DNA of 64,000 nt from assembly GCA_017499595.2 (NCBI GenBank), contig CM039003.1, positions 1,054,001-1,118,000 of the forward strand, written 5' to 3'. Below, piece by piece: positions 50,734 through 64,000 of this stretch (the stretch's first letter is position 1; the number at the start of each line of letters is the position of its first letter). Made by a program: the position numbers and the translations under genes. The DNA comes from Psilocybe cubensis. Its lineage: Eukaryota. The notes below the pieces were generated by a model. It was not told the DNA's origin. It was given only the letters and a program-made list of their open reading frames with translations, and did no database searches.

Positions 50734-53700
50734 CCTTGGACACACTGAATCTAGGATATGATATTTAAATATCGAACTGCGCTCAAACTCCGAATTCACA
50801 TTGCCTGTTATACGCAGCAGGTCGTGAGTACGACCTTCGGCATGTGATCTTATCTTTGTTAGAAGTTTTGCCTTGATTTTGTAGTTAACAATAACATCGC
50901 TATGTAAACCTCAGAACAATGATGTGGTGTGTACTTAGCCATAAATTCTGTTGGATACTACTAATATAAAATATCATCCTTTCATATTTATTGCTCAGAA
51001 AATAAACTGAAAAAGCAATTTCGATGCTAAAGTCGGCAATCTGTCCACCAAGCGAAGGCTATGAGGCGCAGAGTCCGTGATTTTCATGATATCTGCCGAT
51101 GTTTTGCTACGGCTAGCGTATGTAGCTAGCAATGATAATTGAGATTGCTGAGTGGAGACCATTTAGCGGAGTTCTGAAGGCTTTTTGCTCCGTTTGAAGC
51201 ATAGAAATTTGCTTTGAATCTATATATGATACTGATGCGGATATGTAATAGGCATCCACGGCTATCCGTCTCGAGATTGATGTTCTAAATAGACTTATGC
51301 GCCACTTTCACAGACAGGTTATTACTGCAATTAGGTGAGTGAGTTAGCTATTTGCTTGAAGGGTTGTTTTTCATCTGACCACTTTCACCTTACTTTTTCA
51401 AGGACCTTTATTATACGTTAGATCATATCCGTGACATTCCTTGCCACCGGCGATTCAAATTGGCCTTGAGAAGCTTCAAGCAATGGCACTTCATTTTTCA
51501 TTTGTAGGAGGTGAGCAACAAAGCGGAATATATGCGCAGGGAAGCGGCGTGCTTCCTCGTGGGTGTGGCAAATCCTATGATCCTGAAGCGACAGGTTACC
51601 ATTGACCAACTGACACTGCTCGTCCCAATGCGACTGTAATTATGACTGTCGAAATCATCCATAATATTGCTTACTGACCCGTGCACACAGTGCTCGAAGC
51701 CAAATTCTTCATCTTCATTTCCCAAGATGGATGATATCCCAATCGTCGCTGTCAGGCACTAAAAGCGTCGGTGAGTTCACTATAAATAAAACTCAATAAG
51801 ATCACGAAGTTGAATATCATGCGTAGCAAATATTTTGGGCAGTGAAAGAATATAGTCAACCGGCCATATGGGACACATGATGTATAAGGACAACGATAAG
51901 GTGTGTAGTACACCGTGCCGCAGGCTTTTATGGAGCTGCTGACGCCTTGTAATAATGCCCCTGTAAAAAGTGGTCATCATTAACGACGAATACAACGAAT
52001 ATCAAGGATGTAGGAAAGGACTTCGCAGGGACCATCATGAGAATCGACGTCGCGTCAGCATCGGTAGCGCACATATGACTCGGAAGGAAGGCCGTACACC
52101 TGATACCAGCGATTTGAAAATGATGACAGAACAGTTTTGGTCATGAGCAAGAGATGGACAATCCTGGCTGCTCTTTACCTATTATCGGTTTAATATCTGT
52201 ACTTTCTATCACCAAACCATCGTGGAAGAGCTGTTGACAGACAAGTTCAGTATTCGTGCAAGTCATGGTATACTTACCAGATGAGAAAATCATGACAACA
52301 GCGACAGGAACACATGAGAAAAGAATTCAAATGATGTTGAACTGATAGAGCTCTAGTCGATTTGGGTAGTGTTGGAAGGACGATCTCAAGTGAACTGCAA
52401 TTTGAAAAGGTCTCTAAACATACGTCGCCGACCTTTTGGGCGCTTCTTGATCCAAGTCCTGAAACGTTTAACTTGGCAAAGTCGTTAATTGCTCCTGAAA
52501 TGGTAGGAATCTTTGGGGACTTTCGTCGAATGCAAGCTGGAAACGGTGTTCTGTGGTGATATATTTTCAATTTGTAAAGCAACGAAACAATGTATGATAT
52601 TCCGTGTTCGGATTTCCGCTCAAGTTCGGCTGCCTTAGTCAAAGAAAGAAGGCAATTAGAAGTGTAAATATAAGTGTGTCCGGGGTCTCGACCATACCTC
52701 CATATACGTTTACAGGATCTCTCAGCCACGACCTCAGATGTTCCTCAGGACACCAAGCTGCCAGCGTCTACTTTCTTCCACATCAAAGCCTTCTGGAAAA
52801 ATCTCGTACGATATTATCTCTCTGAAGTGAATATATCCAACATGGAACGTCTTCAAGATCAAATTTCACAGCAACAAGGCAGCTATAGAGTTTGCGAAAA
52901 CCTTGGGTGAGACTTCTGATGATAAAAAGAAAGTAATGCTCACCAAAATTTAAAACTCCACAAAATTCCGAGGGTATACTCTTCCGGATCATATAACGGG
53001 TACAAGTTGTGTGAAATTATGCATAGACTCGAAAGTCAAAGCGTTAGATTGTGCGTCGAGATTTCATTTGGACGAGATCTATTTTTTGGCTCTTTGCGGC
53101 TTGCCTTGTCCAACCTTTCGGGTATATCGACATAGCGCATAGTAGGTGGCTGCCGTAATCTTTGATGTGCTGGATCGTTAAGTATTGAATTGTTTTCCAA
53201 GACTGTATAGAGACATTCGTGGCGAGGCAGTGGCGATGCGAGGGACTCGGGAGTGAGAATCTGGACGGACCGTTGACCAGCCGTGTACTTACTCTTGGCC
53301 AGACACTGAAGACATATCGTTACAAGTCCACAGACCTCTGGCACCGGGTGCCTGCGCCGTAAGTAATATGCTTACGCTCTCCGGGAAGCAAGAGTATCGC
53401 AAGGAGTGTCGCAAAGGATATCGCAATCCCATCCCCAGACTTATGTTCGTTGTCTATCTTCTTAAAGATCTATACTAAGATTTATTTACGGGAGAAGGGT
53501 GCAAGCATCGTGGTACTCCCAAACTGGAATGGGGTTCCCTCTGACTCTCGCTAGCCGTTGAAAGGCCGAAAATGCTCAATCGCCGGCGGAACAATCCATT
53601 TGGATCAGGCCTGAAGGATTTACTCGCATGCTGTGGCACGCAACTTGTGATACTCTATATAAGTCATCTTGGTCCTGGAGTCTCGCTTGCCTCGTCACTG

Positions 53701-53794
53701 ACAACTCCCTTCAAGACAGAAGCTCTCAAAATTTTGTCCCCAAGATCGGTATCGGTTAGGTCGGCACCAGGGAACCCAGTGCACCTCTTTCGCT

Positions 53795-55191
53795 ATGTCT
53801 GGCTCGTTCCCTTCGCCATCGACGTCTGGAATGTCTTTGCTTGACCCAGACCCTATTGATATGCGCACTTTGCCCCCTTTACATCCCTCCAACCTTTTTG
53901 ATGTGGAGGGTCTTGTTGTGGTCATCACTGGAGGTGGAACAGGTGAAAATTCGGTTCCTTCAAACCTAATCCGGTCGTATCGATGGAGGACCGGCTAACT
54001 GTCTATATTTGCAAGGTATTGGGCTCATGATGGCCAGAGCTTTGGAGAACAACGGCGCTTCTGTATATATCGTTGGTCGTAGGTTGGAGGTTCTTGAAAG
54101 AGCGGCGGCAGAAAACAACGTGAGTAGATCTTCCTTCTCAGTTGACAGTTTCCCAAAGATATCATTGAGCTATCCCAAGATCCTTTCTTACCCCCATCCA
54201 TCACATTCTCTCAAGATAGCTCTACTAACTATGTCGCGTTTTTTCTGCAGAACTTTGATAAAATCTTCCCTATTGAAGGAGATGTCACGGACCGAGATAG
54301 TTTGTTAAATGTAGTAGAGGAAGTCCGGTCCCGACACGGTTACATCGACTTGCTTATCAACAATGCCGGGATTGCCAGAAACTTGTACCCACATCCCTTA
54401 CCTTCTCCCTCCGATGAAGTTAATGTCGGTTCTCCTCCCTCGCCTCCTGCTTCGCCTGCGCGCAGTCCGAATGTTCCGTCTATTAAAGCGTTTCAGAATG
54501 CACTTTGGGATTGTGGATCGCCAGAGGACTTTGCAGAAACATTCCTAACGAATGTCACTGCGGTATATTACACGACGGTAGCCTTCTTAGATCTTCTTCA
54601 TCAAGGCAATATTCGACGGCAACGTCTGGCCTTTCCACTTCCAGACCCTACAGCTGGGCTCTCGCGACCGCCTTACCATACGTCTCATGTTCTATCGGTC
54701 TCGTCATCCGGATCCTTCCGACTAGATTCTAAGGTCCTATCACCGTCATATACTTTGTCAAAAAGCGCTTGTACACATTTAGGCAAACTTCTGGCCAATT
54801 TATTGGCCCCTTGGGGTATCAGGAGCAATGTGTTGGCTCCAGGGGTATGGCCAAGTGGTACGGTTGTTATTTAAACCTTTGAATCCTGGCACCCATGTTC
54901 CTGCTTACGCTTTATACCTTTTTCTCTTCCAGAAATGACGACATCGCCGACCCCGGACTTCAAATTGGACCCAATGGCTATGAGCCGCAATGTTCCGTTG
55001 CGCCGTGCGGGGACACAAGAGGTTTGCTTCCTTCAAAGATTTTTATGGATCTGTTTGCACAGTCCTCATCGGTATATCAGGATATGGCGGGTACTATTCT
55101 TTTTCTTGCGAGCCAGGCTGGAGCTTACGTTAACGGCGCGGTATGGCTTGTGGACGGTGGACGAGTCGGGACAGTGGCGAGTAATTATTAA
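53795..55191 (+). CDS. Short-chain dehydrogenase/reductase
   Basis: VITGGGT-GIG, LINNAG, YTLSKSA, NVLAPG, YVNGAVWLVDGG. Confidence 0.9.
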
Positions 55192-56139
55192 TCATCTCCC
55201 CAGCCGGCTACGGAATTTGTTGCATTCCTTGGATAATGTGTTCGATAGGCACTCGGATTTCATCTACAATACTATACCCCCGTCTGATTTGAGATCTAAT
55301 GTATCAGTAGTACACATTGTATTTATCTACCAGTTTCTAAATACTGGCCTCTTATTTACACAAATAGCAGGAAGCAAGTGGAGCGAACAAATGATACCTT
55401 TTTGTCAAATTCACACTCCTCTCATTTCTGTTCAGCTCTACTGGTCTTTTCATCGGGCGATTCCATCTCCGGCTAGATTGAAAACTTCGACTTTTTTGAA
55501 GCTTGCTGGTTGCATAACTCCAAATTTTGTTTTCATTACATCTTTATTGAAAGTCACCAGTTCACCTTTCTGCTAAGATTGAACTTGCTTTCTCTCGTAA
55601 AAAGGTTCACTAAATTTCAATGATGGTCGGCCGCTGGTTGGTTTTCTCGTACCCGGTACGAGTTACTGTACGGGCCGTACCGTAACTGCTGCCAACACCA
55701 AGTAAAGAGGCGCCAGTGTTATCCTTTCAGAGTTGTACACTATATTACCAGTCCCGATTTCTAATTAGCGTGTCCTGTGGTGTCTACAGAAATGTGTAGG
55801 GTGATAAGCCAGAGATTGGGATTCTGGGAAAAGGATGCATAGTAATCCAAAGTGAAAGTTGATCGCAATCAGGCATCTGATTGGTTCGCGATTCGCGATC
55901 AAGATTGTCAAATCACGTGGTCCCTCGAAGATTATGCAATCCTTGAATGCAATCAGAAGGATTACGGGCTTGTGACCGTTCTGCTTAAATTCGTTCCGGT
56001 TCTTGCTTACCCAGGGCTCTGTAACTTATCTCTTTTTCCAACAACGCTGTCTCGTACATTTCTCAGGGGTGCTTTGCGTAGAAGCTGGGCATCTATTCCT
56101 CTCATATCCACAGCTACTTTGAACACACGAGCTCCACAG

Positions 56140-57485
<1,346 letters not shown>

Positions 57486-58668
57486 AGACTTTCGCCAACT
57501 TTGTGGAATTTTAGGAGCAAGGAATATATATCAACATACATTGAATTGTGCGCTCATTTGGAACACAATTGTTTATCAATTGTGGGATACATTTTTCATA
57601 TAGGCATCTCAAAGTTGACGGCAATATCAATACTGTTCACTGACATATTGATAGGTAAGCGACATTCTGGTATCAGATCGAAGTCAGCTATTCATTTCAC
57701 AATCCCGAGACCATATCAACAAGCCTCTCTGTGCGATTCTTTACCTAAATACTATGGAGCACCAGTAAAGAACACCAGCACATTTGGGCGTGCAATCACG
57801 GTGCCCGTTGCCGGTTTCCGAAGCTACATCAATTTCATTCTTTTCCCCTTTTCTTTATCCTTTCACATTACGGTCAGAGAAGGTCCGTTTGCTCTCTATC
57901 AACTTCTATTCGAATGGAACCTCCAAGCTATCTACCGAATTCCTTATGTGTACTGGGCACGCGGGTTGCAGGCACATTAAAGTCCTAGCTTCGACATCCA
58001 ATTTTGAACGCCGGCCCTTCCTGTAATCTTATCGCACCTGTTTATATCGCTGACTTAATGACTTTCTAGATTCTCCGGCTCTAGAAAGGCGTATTCCAGA
58101 GTTACAGATTTGCTTCGTTCGTGATTTTGCTAGGTGGCTGTGTCGATCTCGCAAGATTGGGCTTACTAGGTTGGTAAACTGGATGAACTCATGTCATGCC
58201 ATTGAACAGAAATAGGAACAGACGTTGCTCGCTCACCACGCATACTTTTAGTGTGCATTGTGCGTTGACGGTTGCCTAGCCTCCCTTCTCGCGTATAATC
58301 TATTACTAGCTAAACCGTTCAAAGGAAATATAGCCTCTGAATTGCAACCTCCTGCTCAACAGTGATAGCATCTAATGTTTGGCATGCAATTGTTGCATAT
58401 CTCAAATTTCTCGTTTTTTACGATCTTTCAAGGTGCAAAAGCTTCGGCGCTAGTATGTTCGGCCAGTAACTCGCCGTCTGGGGGGGCAACTGTTGGACGC
58501 GAGCGCACAGCATCTGCCAGCGCTGAGCTTCATACTAATGATAGACCAGCCTTAAGTCCCCTTGGAGCTTACTTCGTCATGAGTAAGTGTCATAGGTGGC
58601 TATTAACTTTACTTTAAAAAGAACGCACGGTTGCCGTCTGTTCTTCCGACTACCACTCCCCAACCTCC

Positions 58669-60256
58669 ATGATATGCTTCCGGCTTGCCTACGGAATCAA
58701 GACAGGTCACTCACATAAAGTAATCAAGCATCTTTCCGTCGCTCTTTTCATCCTCTCAATCGTCTTGGTTCTATGCGACGTAAAACACCTTCGAAAGTTC
58801 ACGACTTACTACATCATTCCCTCCCTGCCATTCATAGACCAATCAGACAGACCGCCAACCTATGATGATCTGAGGAAATGGGAGCAAAATCTGCCGCAGC
58901 ACAACCTGGACCTGCAGTTTCCAGAGGGGAAAACAGGAAGATATGTTATGTTCACAAGCTCGCAGGTCGAGGTTTTGGGCTGGAACAATAAATTCATCAA
59001 CGTGTGCGTCCCTCAAATCATAACATATTATCACTATCTTTGACGACTGAAACCAAGTTGACTCTAGGCTAATGGACAGCTTTCTTGCATATAAGTCCAA
59101 TCGGACCTACGTATTTTACGATTTTACTTGGCCTGACAAGCATTACCCATGGCCTATAAATCAATACAGAGAGTGGACGCCACATACCCCTCTCAATGCA
59201 TTTTTCTCTGGCCCTACTGCAGGTGGTCCTTGGGGTCCCGGAGATAGCTCACCTCGGTCAATATCGGACAAATGGTATGAGGTTGTGTGTCCTAAAGAAG
59301 AACGCAAGTACATCAATACACACGACGTGAAGCCCGCCATTTATTGGGAAGATGGCATCGTTATTTTTGATCACTGGCGGACAATATTGTCCGAAGCCCC
59401 TGAGCAATGCATTGAGGTCATTGCACCCCGTCCTGAGATCGACAGCACACCTCAGGTATTTGACCTTCATTTGTGGGGATCAGGTCGCAGCCTGTCATTA
59501 TGGGAGGAATTCAAAAATTCTCCTGTCTCACAACTTTTGTCTGCATCGCCAATAGTGCGGTCTGCTATCGAAACCAACCTTCCGTCCTTTTCACCCGGAG
59601 AGTTGGATCTTCAAGTACCACAGTCCAATGTATCCAACATAACCCCATTCAGCAATACTCTATCTGCACATATTCGTCGAGGAGACTTTAGAAGGCAATG
59701 TCGACATTTCTGGACTTGGAGCTCTACCTACTACAACTGGAATCTCCTTCCTTTTTTGCTGGACAGATTCGATCCCCCTCCCGGGTTCTCCTGGGGGGCA
59801 AACATACCACAAAACTTGCCCATATTCCTTAAACGTTGCTGGCCAGATATTCCGACCATCATCAAGCGCATACACGACGTGAGGGAGGATTATCTGAGAA
59901 CCACAACAACACAAGAGCAAAAGCAGCTTAAAACTGTTTACGTGATGACGAATGATAACTCTCCTTGGCTTGATGAACTGAGGCTAGCATTGAAACTGGA
60001 CGGCTGGGAAATTGTTTTAACTACATCGGATCTCATCTTAAATGCAGAACAGAAAGAAGTGGGTGTGTCTGTCGATATGGAAATTGGGCGGCGCTCGGAG
60101 TTGTTTATTGGGAATGGGGTAAGAAAGCGCCGATTGGCCATTCATCTCCCGACATATGTTAACTGACGTTTGGAGTAGTGGTCCTCTTTTACGAGCAACA
60201 TTGTTCACCAAAGGCTTGTTGACGGAAAGGAGCCAACCACTATACGATTTTTCTAG
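58669..60256 (+). CDS. Type II membrane O-fucosyltransferase-like (GT-B) protein
   Basis: N-terminal TM helix; GWNN, HIRRGDF, VYVMTND, VDMEI..FIGNG-WSSFTSNI motifs; family assignment is from motif resemblance only. Confidence 0.7.
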
Positions 60257-60320
60257 CTCCAATGTGTTCAAAGAGTATGAAGGGAGACAATAAACTGTGT
60301 ATTATATAAACTATTAGCCG

Positions 60321-61752
60321 CTACTTTGACTCGGCAAGTAGCTGCTTAGTTTCGAACTTGACATTCTCTAAAAACTCTTTCTTTGTGCATTTAGGCTTCC
60401 AGCCCAGGGCACGGGATCGATCACCTTTTGCGTAAGAATTGGTAGCGAGGAGCGGCCAAATAGGCTGGAAGATTCATTTTAGTTAGAGGATGAAGGAAGC
60501 GGGGATTTAAAACTCTCACCCCAAAGAACGTGTCGAGTTCTTCCTGGGTAAAGGCGCTAGGTTCGCTGCTAGATCCTATCCCAAGTTCAACCAATGCCTC
60601 AGACGTGGCGCGTGCGAGTTCGATACCCGAGTATTCAAAGTTCTCTGCAAAGTAATAACCTTCAGTGCCGTGAGCAACGTTGTCTGGGCTGTTGCGAATG
60701 GCATCAAAGAGAATGATGTATAGATCTACCACTATGATAATGTTGGCGTCAATTACTAAGGCAATAGGAACACTGGTTACACCATGCGTACCTTCTTCAT
60801 GAGAAATAGCAGACCAGGTGTTCAGTCCTTTGCCGATATATCCTCCCTGTTTGCGTGTGATAGATGGTTTTACGATAAATGGGATTTGCATAGAATGTGT
60901 ATTCTGAAGGCCAAGGTCAACAAGTTGGCCAGTAGGGACTCCAAAAATTGTTCCTTCAGACTTAGTGAGATATTGGCCTACACTGACGACAAAAAAGGTG
61001 TACCTGGAGTGATTAAATATACTTTCACAAAGCCTTCTTTATCTGCTTCAATTAGAGGGATATCCACATTCCGATGTAATGCAGTCTCGGGAAGAAGGTT
61101 CAGCTTTTCGACATCCAAATCGCTGAAAATCATGTGCTCAGAGGTTAAACCCCGAGAGTCATCCATCACGATTGCTTGAAACAAATTAGCCTTCAGACGA
61201 AATTCACCAAGAAATGGAATTGATATACCTGTTCCAGACTAGAATAAAAGATAAAACATTATTTTGATACTCTTTGGGCAATCGTGCATCGCAGATATAC
61301 TGACCGTATGAATCAAAACAGGTGCTTTACCAGACTGTTTGAATTTACGTTTCATTCCATGTAAAATTGCTCGGGCTGAAGGCAGATGATCTGAGTTCGC
61401 CTTGTGTGGTATGGATGAGCGATGGAGTTGTATACAAAGAACATACCCTCCACTCACTATAGCAAAGACTACATCTGCTCGAGAAGCAGCATCTGTAAGA
61501 AAGCTCAAGTCATCGGCCTCGTACGATCCGATGATGCTTTCAACTCCTAAATTTTCGATCTTGCGTCCCTTTTCCTCTGAGCGTACAATTGCAGAAATTT
61601 TGAACGAAGATGCCTCTGGATGCTTCAATAATCTGTCTAGAACACTGCCACCAACATATCCTACCAAGTGGAATATTAGATGACAATCGGCATGATAGGA
61701 TAGGGAACTGACCGGTGGCACCAGTGATCAGAATGTTAATTTGTGGAGACAT
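60321..61752 (-). CDS. NAD(P)-binding Rossmann-fold protein (NmrA/epimerase-like), paralogue 3
   Basis: ILITGAT-GYVGG, LIHTSG, HRNVD, HGTEGYYF, RSRALGW. Confidence 0.85.
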
Positions 61753-62544
61753 GCTTTGGATTACAGGTGCGATTAAAGCTGTTGGGCAAAGTCATTCATT
61801 TGCCTTCATCTTATAGGCTCTTTTTAGCAGACGAGTCTTATTCATTGCATACCAGAAGTTGCCATTCATTATTCAGCTGTTGCGACCGACAACGCCATCT
61901 CACCGATTTTTGTGAGCGGTAAACCATCCTCGCGTGTCAGATAGTTGTAAATCGGAGGGCCCTCACCCATGATCGCGTCATGGAGATTTGTACTCCAGCC
62001 TGTCTCAAAAAGGACATAGTTAGAGCGCTGATCTGACTGATTTGTCAACAACCGTCTGCTTCGTAGACGATTCGTAACCAAGTACCTTGGACGTCGGCAT
62101 TGTGTCGGCATTTAACTTTGGCGTCGTGTCACCGGCAGTCCGTCTTACTTGGCATCGGCCGCTCATCAAAAGTTTTGCTCTGCAGCACATATGTAGCTCA
62201 TGGAGAGTACAAAGAACCATTTGAAGATTGAATAACACATCGAACGTCAATGGCGAACATGAGCAAGTTGATTCGGAGTTTAGGATAAGTTTAGGATAAC
62301 ATCGGAGCTGGAAAATATTCAAACAGCGAGTCATAAGTAGTGTCATTGATCAAGTACAGCCGAACTTCGGATCATGGGCGCTAACGCTAAAGTACTTCGC
62401 TTGCCATATCGAAAATGACACTCAATACAACCCACCTAACCAAAGAGCTGTAACACCTCATTGCAAAAAGAAAAATCCGTTCAAGACAACATCAACCTTT
62501 TATTAAACAATGCATAATAAAGCATATCATTACAGTACACAAAT

Positions 62545-63249
62545 TTAGACACCGCCGTGTCTGCCCTCACGGTGTTGCTTTTTCTCAACGGCCTTGGTAT
62601 AGTGGTGAGGAAGAGCATTCTTGTCAACATATATGTGGTGAGTGGGATCCATAATGGCAGGATTACCGCGGCGGGGAGCTTCAATGATGTGGCCATGCTG
62701 ATCATGAATTTGAGCACTGATGTGGACATGAGGATCCCGAGAGCCCTGGGAGTGCGCCAAATTCCTGCAAGGAATGATTAAGTCAAACAGTTGGTTGCTT
62801 CAACATAGGACTCACTTGATAACAGCAGAGTGCGCTCCCGGAGTGTGTGACATGTGGTCTGCAACAACCTTCTTATGGAAGTTTTCGACCTCCTTGCGTT
62901 TGTGACCGTGAAGGTTAAGAGCGTCAAGAGCGTTCGACGCAGAGTGCTTGTGCTCAGGTCCATGACCTTTGAGGAACGTGATGTTGTCGATGTGACCAGG
63001 AGGAGCTGGCTTATGCGAGTCTTTGTGCTGGTGATCTTTGCCGCGGCGTACAAGGTACTGGTTAGATCGACGGACATAGACCGGCTCTTCACGGGCAACA
63101 ACATCACTACAGAAAAATGTGTATCAGATATTAAGAAGGTTGCTTATTAAGAAAGCGAGTACACACTTGGCCTGCCATCTGTTTACTGGCACAGCAGTAG
63201 CTGTCTGAAGCAGGGCGAATGCAACGGCAATGAAAGGAATGAAACGCAT
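62545..63249 (-). CDS. Small secreted histidine-rich, cysteine-free protein (about 197 aa, 3 exons)
   Basis: Signal peptide MRFIPFIAVAFALLQTATAVP; propeptide with VRR/LVRR dibasic sites; exons join in frame; TATA-like TATAAAA near 63375-63381 on the minus strand. Confidence 0.8.
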
Positions 63250-64000
63250 GTTTGTTAGGTTTTAAAGTTAACAAAAAGGTTGATTTTTTGACTGTTGTAG
63301 TTCGACAGCGACCAGCACTGAGGAAGTTGTTGTATAGAGCGCAGCTGAGGGAATCTTAGTGAACATGGCCTGGCTTTTATAGCTCTTCTTTGGTTGGTTG
63401 GCCTCGTTTGTTCCCATGAGTTTGCAGGGTCGCCTTCGTATCTAACCAAAAATTTCCCGTGCTCGTATGATATTTCTAAAAGTCAACAAGAGACCACGTC
63501 CGGTATTTAATGGCGATTCTTTTTACGTCTAAGATCCATTATTGCCGATCATTAGTTTGAGATATTTTTCTCCAATCTGTCAATCGTTTACTCGATGATA
63601 TATAGAGCCCCATTATAACTCTAAGAGGCTTGTGGAACGCGAAAGGAGGATGAAAGCGTTGCACTATAGTGTTGAGGTTGAACTCATTGCTTAGCTAGAA
63701 GCGTCATAGGACTTGAAATTAATCTACAGGTCTATAAATTAGATATGTTATCGCAAGGCTGTCAACCGGGTAACATGGCTTACATGCTTCAACGCTAGTT
63801 GTTAGTATATATCGCATCTTACCAGTTTCTGTCAAAATGTAGCGGGCGGCATTTACTGCCGAGTAAGTAGTTTTCAACCGTACGACAGATAGGTCAGAAA
63901 ATAATTGCGGATAGCCGGACAACGAGTTATGGCACCGGGAAGAGGTCGATGCCGACGAATTCCTTCTAGATGTTCATTCGTATGTCCTCTTGGTACACCC

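Noticed and set aside
51000-53350. Gene-sized gap with short ORFs and some splice-like signals
   Set aside because: No recognisable motif or consistent exon chain; may be a decayed gene but cannot be supported

Overview
An intron-rich fungal chromosomal segment; gene families and intron style point to an agaricomycete basidiomycete. Exon structures below were assembled by eye from GT-AG boundaries, so internal coordinates are approximate. Ordinary genes: a TGL2-like lipase (cut by the left edge), an EF-hand/ZZ-zinc-finger protein, MIS12, a GH16 glucanase, VTS1, two SDRs, three NAD(P)-binding NmrA/epimerase-like paralogues, NAD-glutamate dehydrogenase, a 2OG-Fe(II) oxygenase, thioredoxin reductase, an O-fucosyltransferase-like protein and a His-rich secreted protein. 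Two regions are unusual. (1) At about 7.2-16.5 kb, an AT-rich island holds an apparently intact spliced tyrosine recombinase (Crypton-like) directly downstream of a GEN1/Yen1-type XPG nuclease gene with a premature stop. Two broken DUF6533-like membrane-protein genes flank the pair, which is a candidate cargo-carrying recombinase+resolvase mobile element. (2) At about 18.3-37.9 kb, nested inverted duplications occur: two near-identical intronless GH43 genes and three aryl-alcohol dehydrogenase copies surround a GC-rich, microsatellite-dense core, and a TA-flanked MITE sits between the TATA box and start codon of one copy. TRR1 also has a likely non-AUG mitochondrial presequence.
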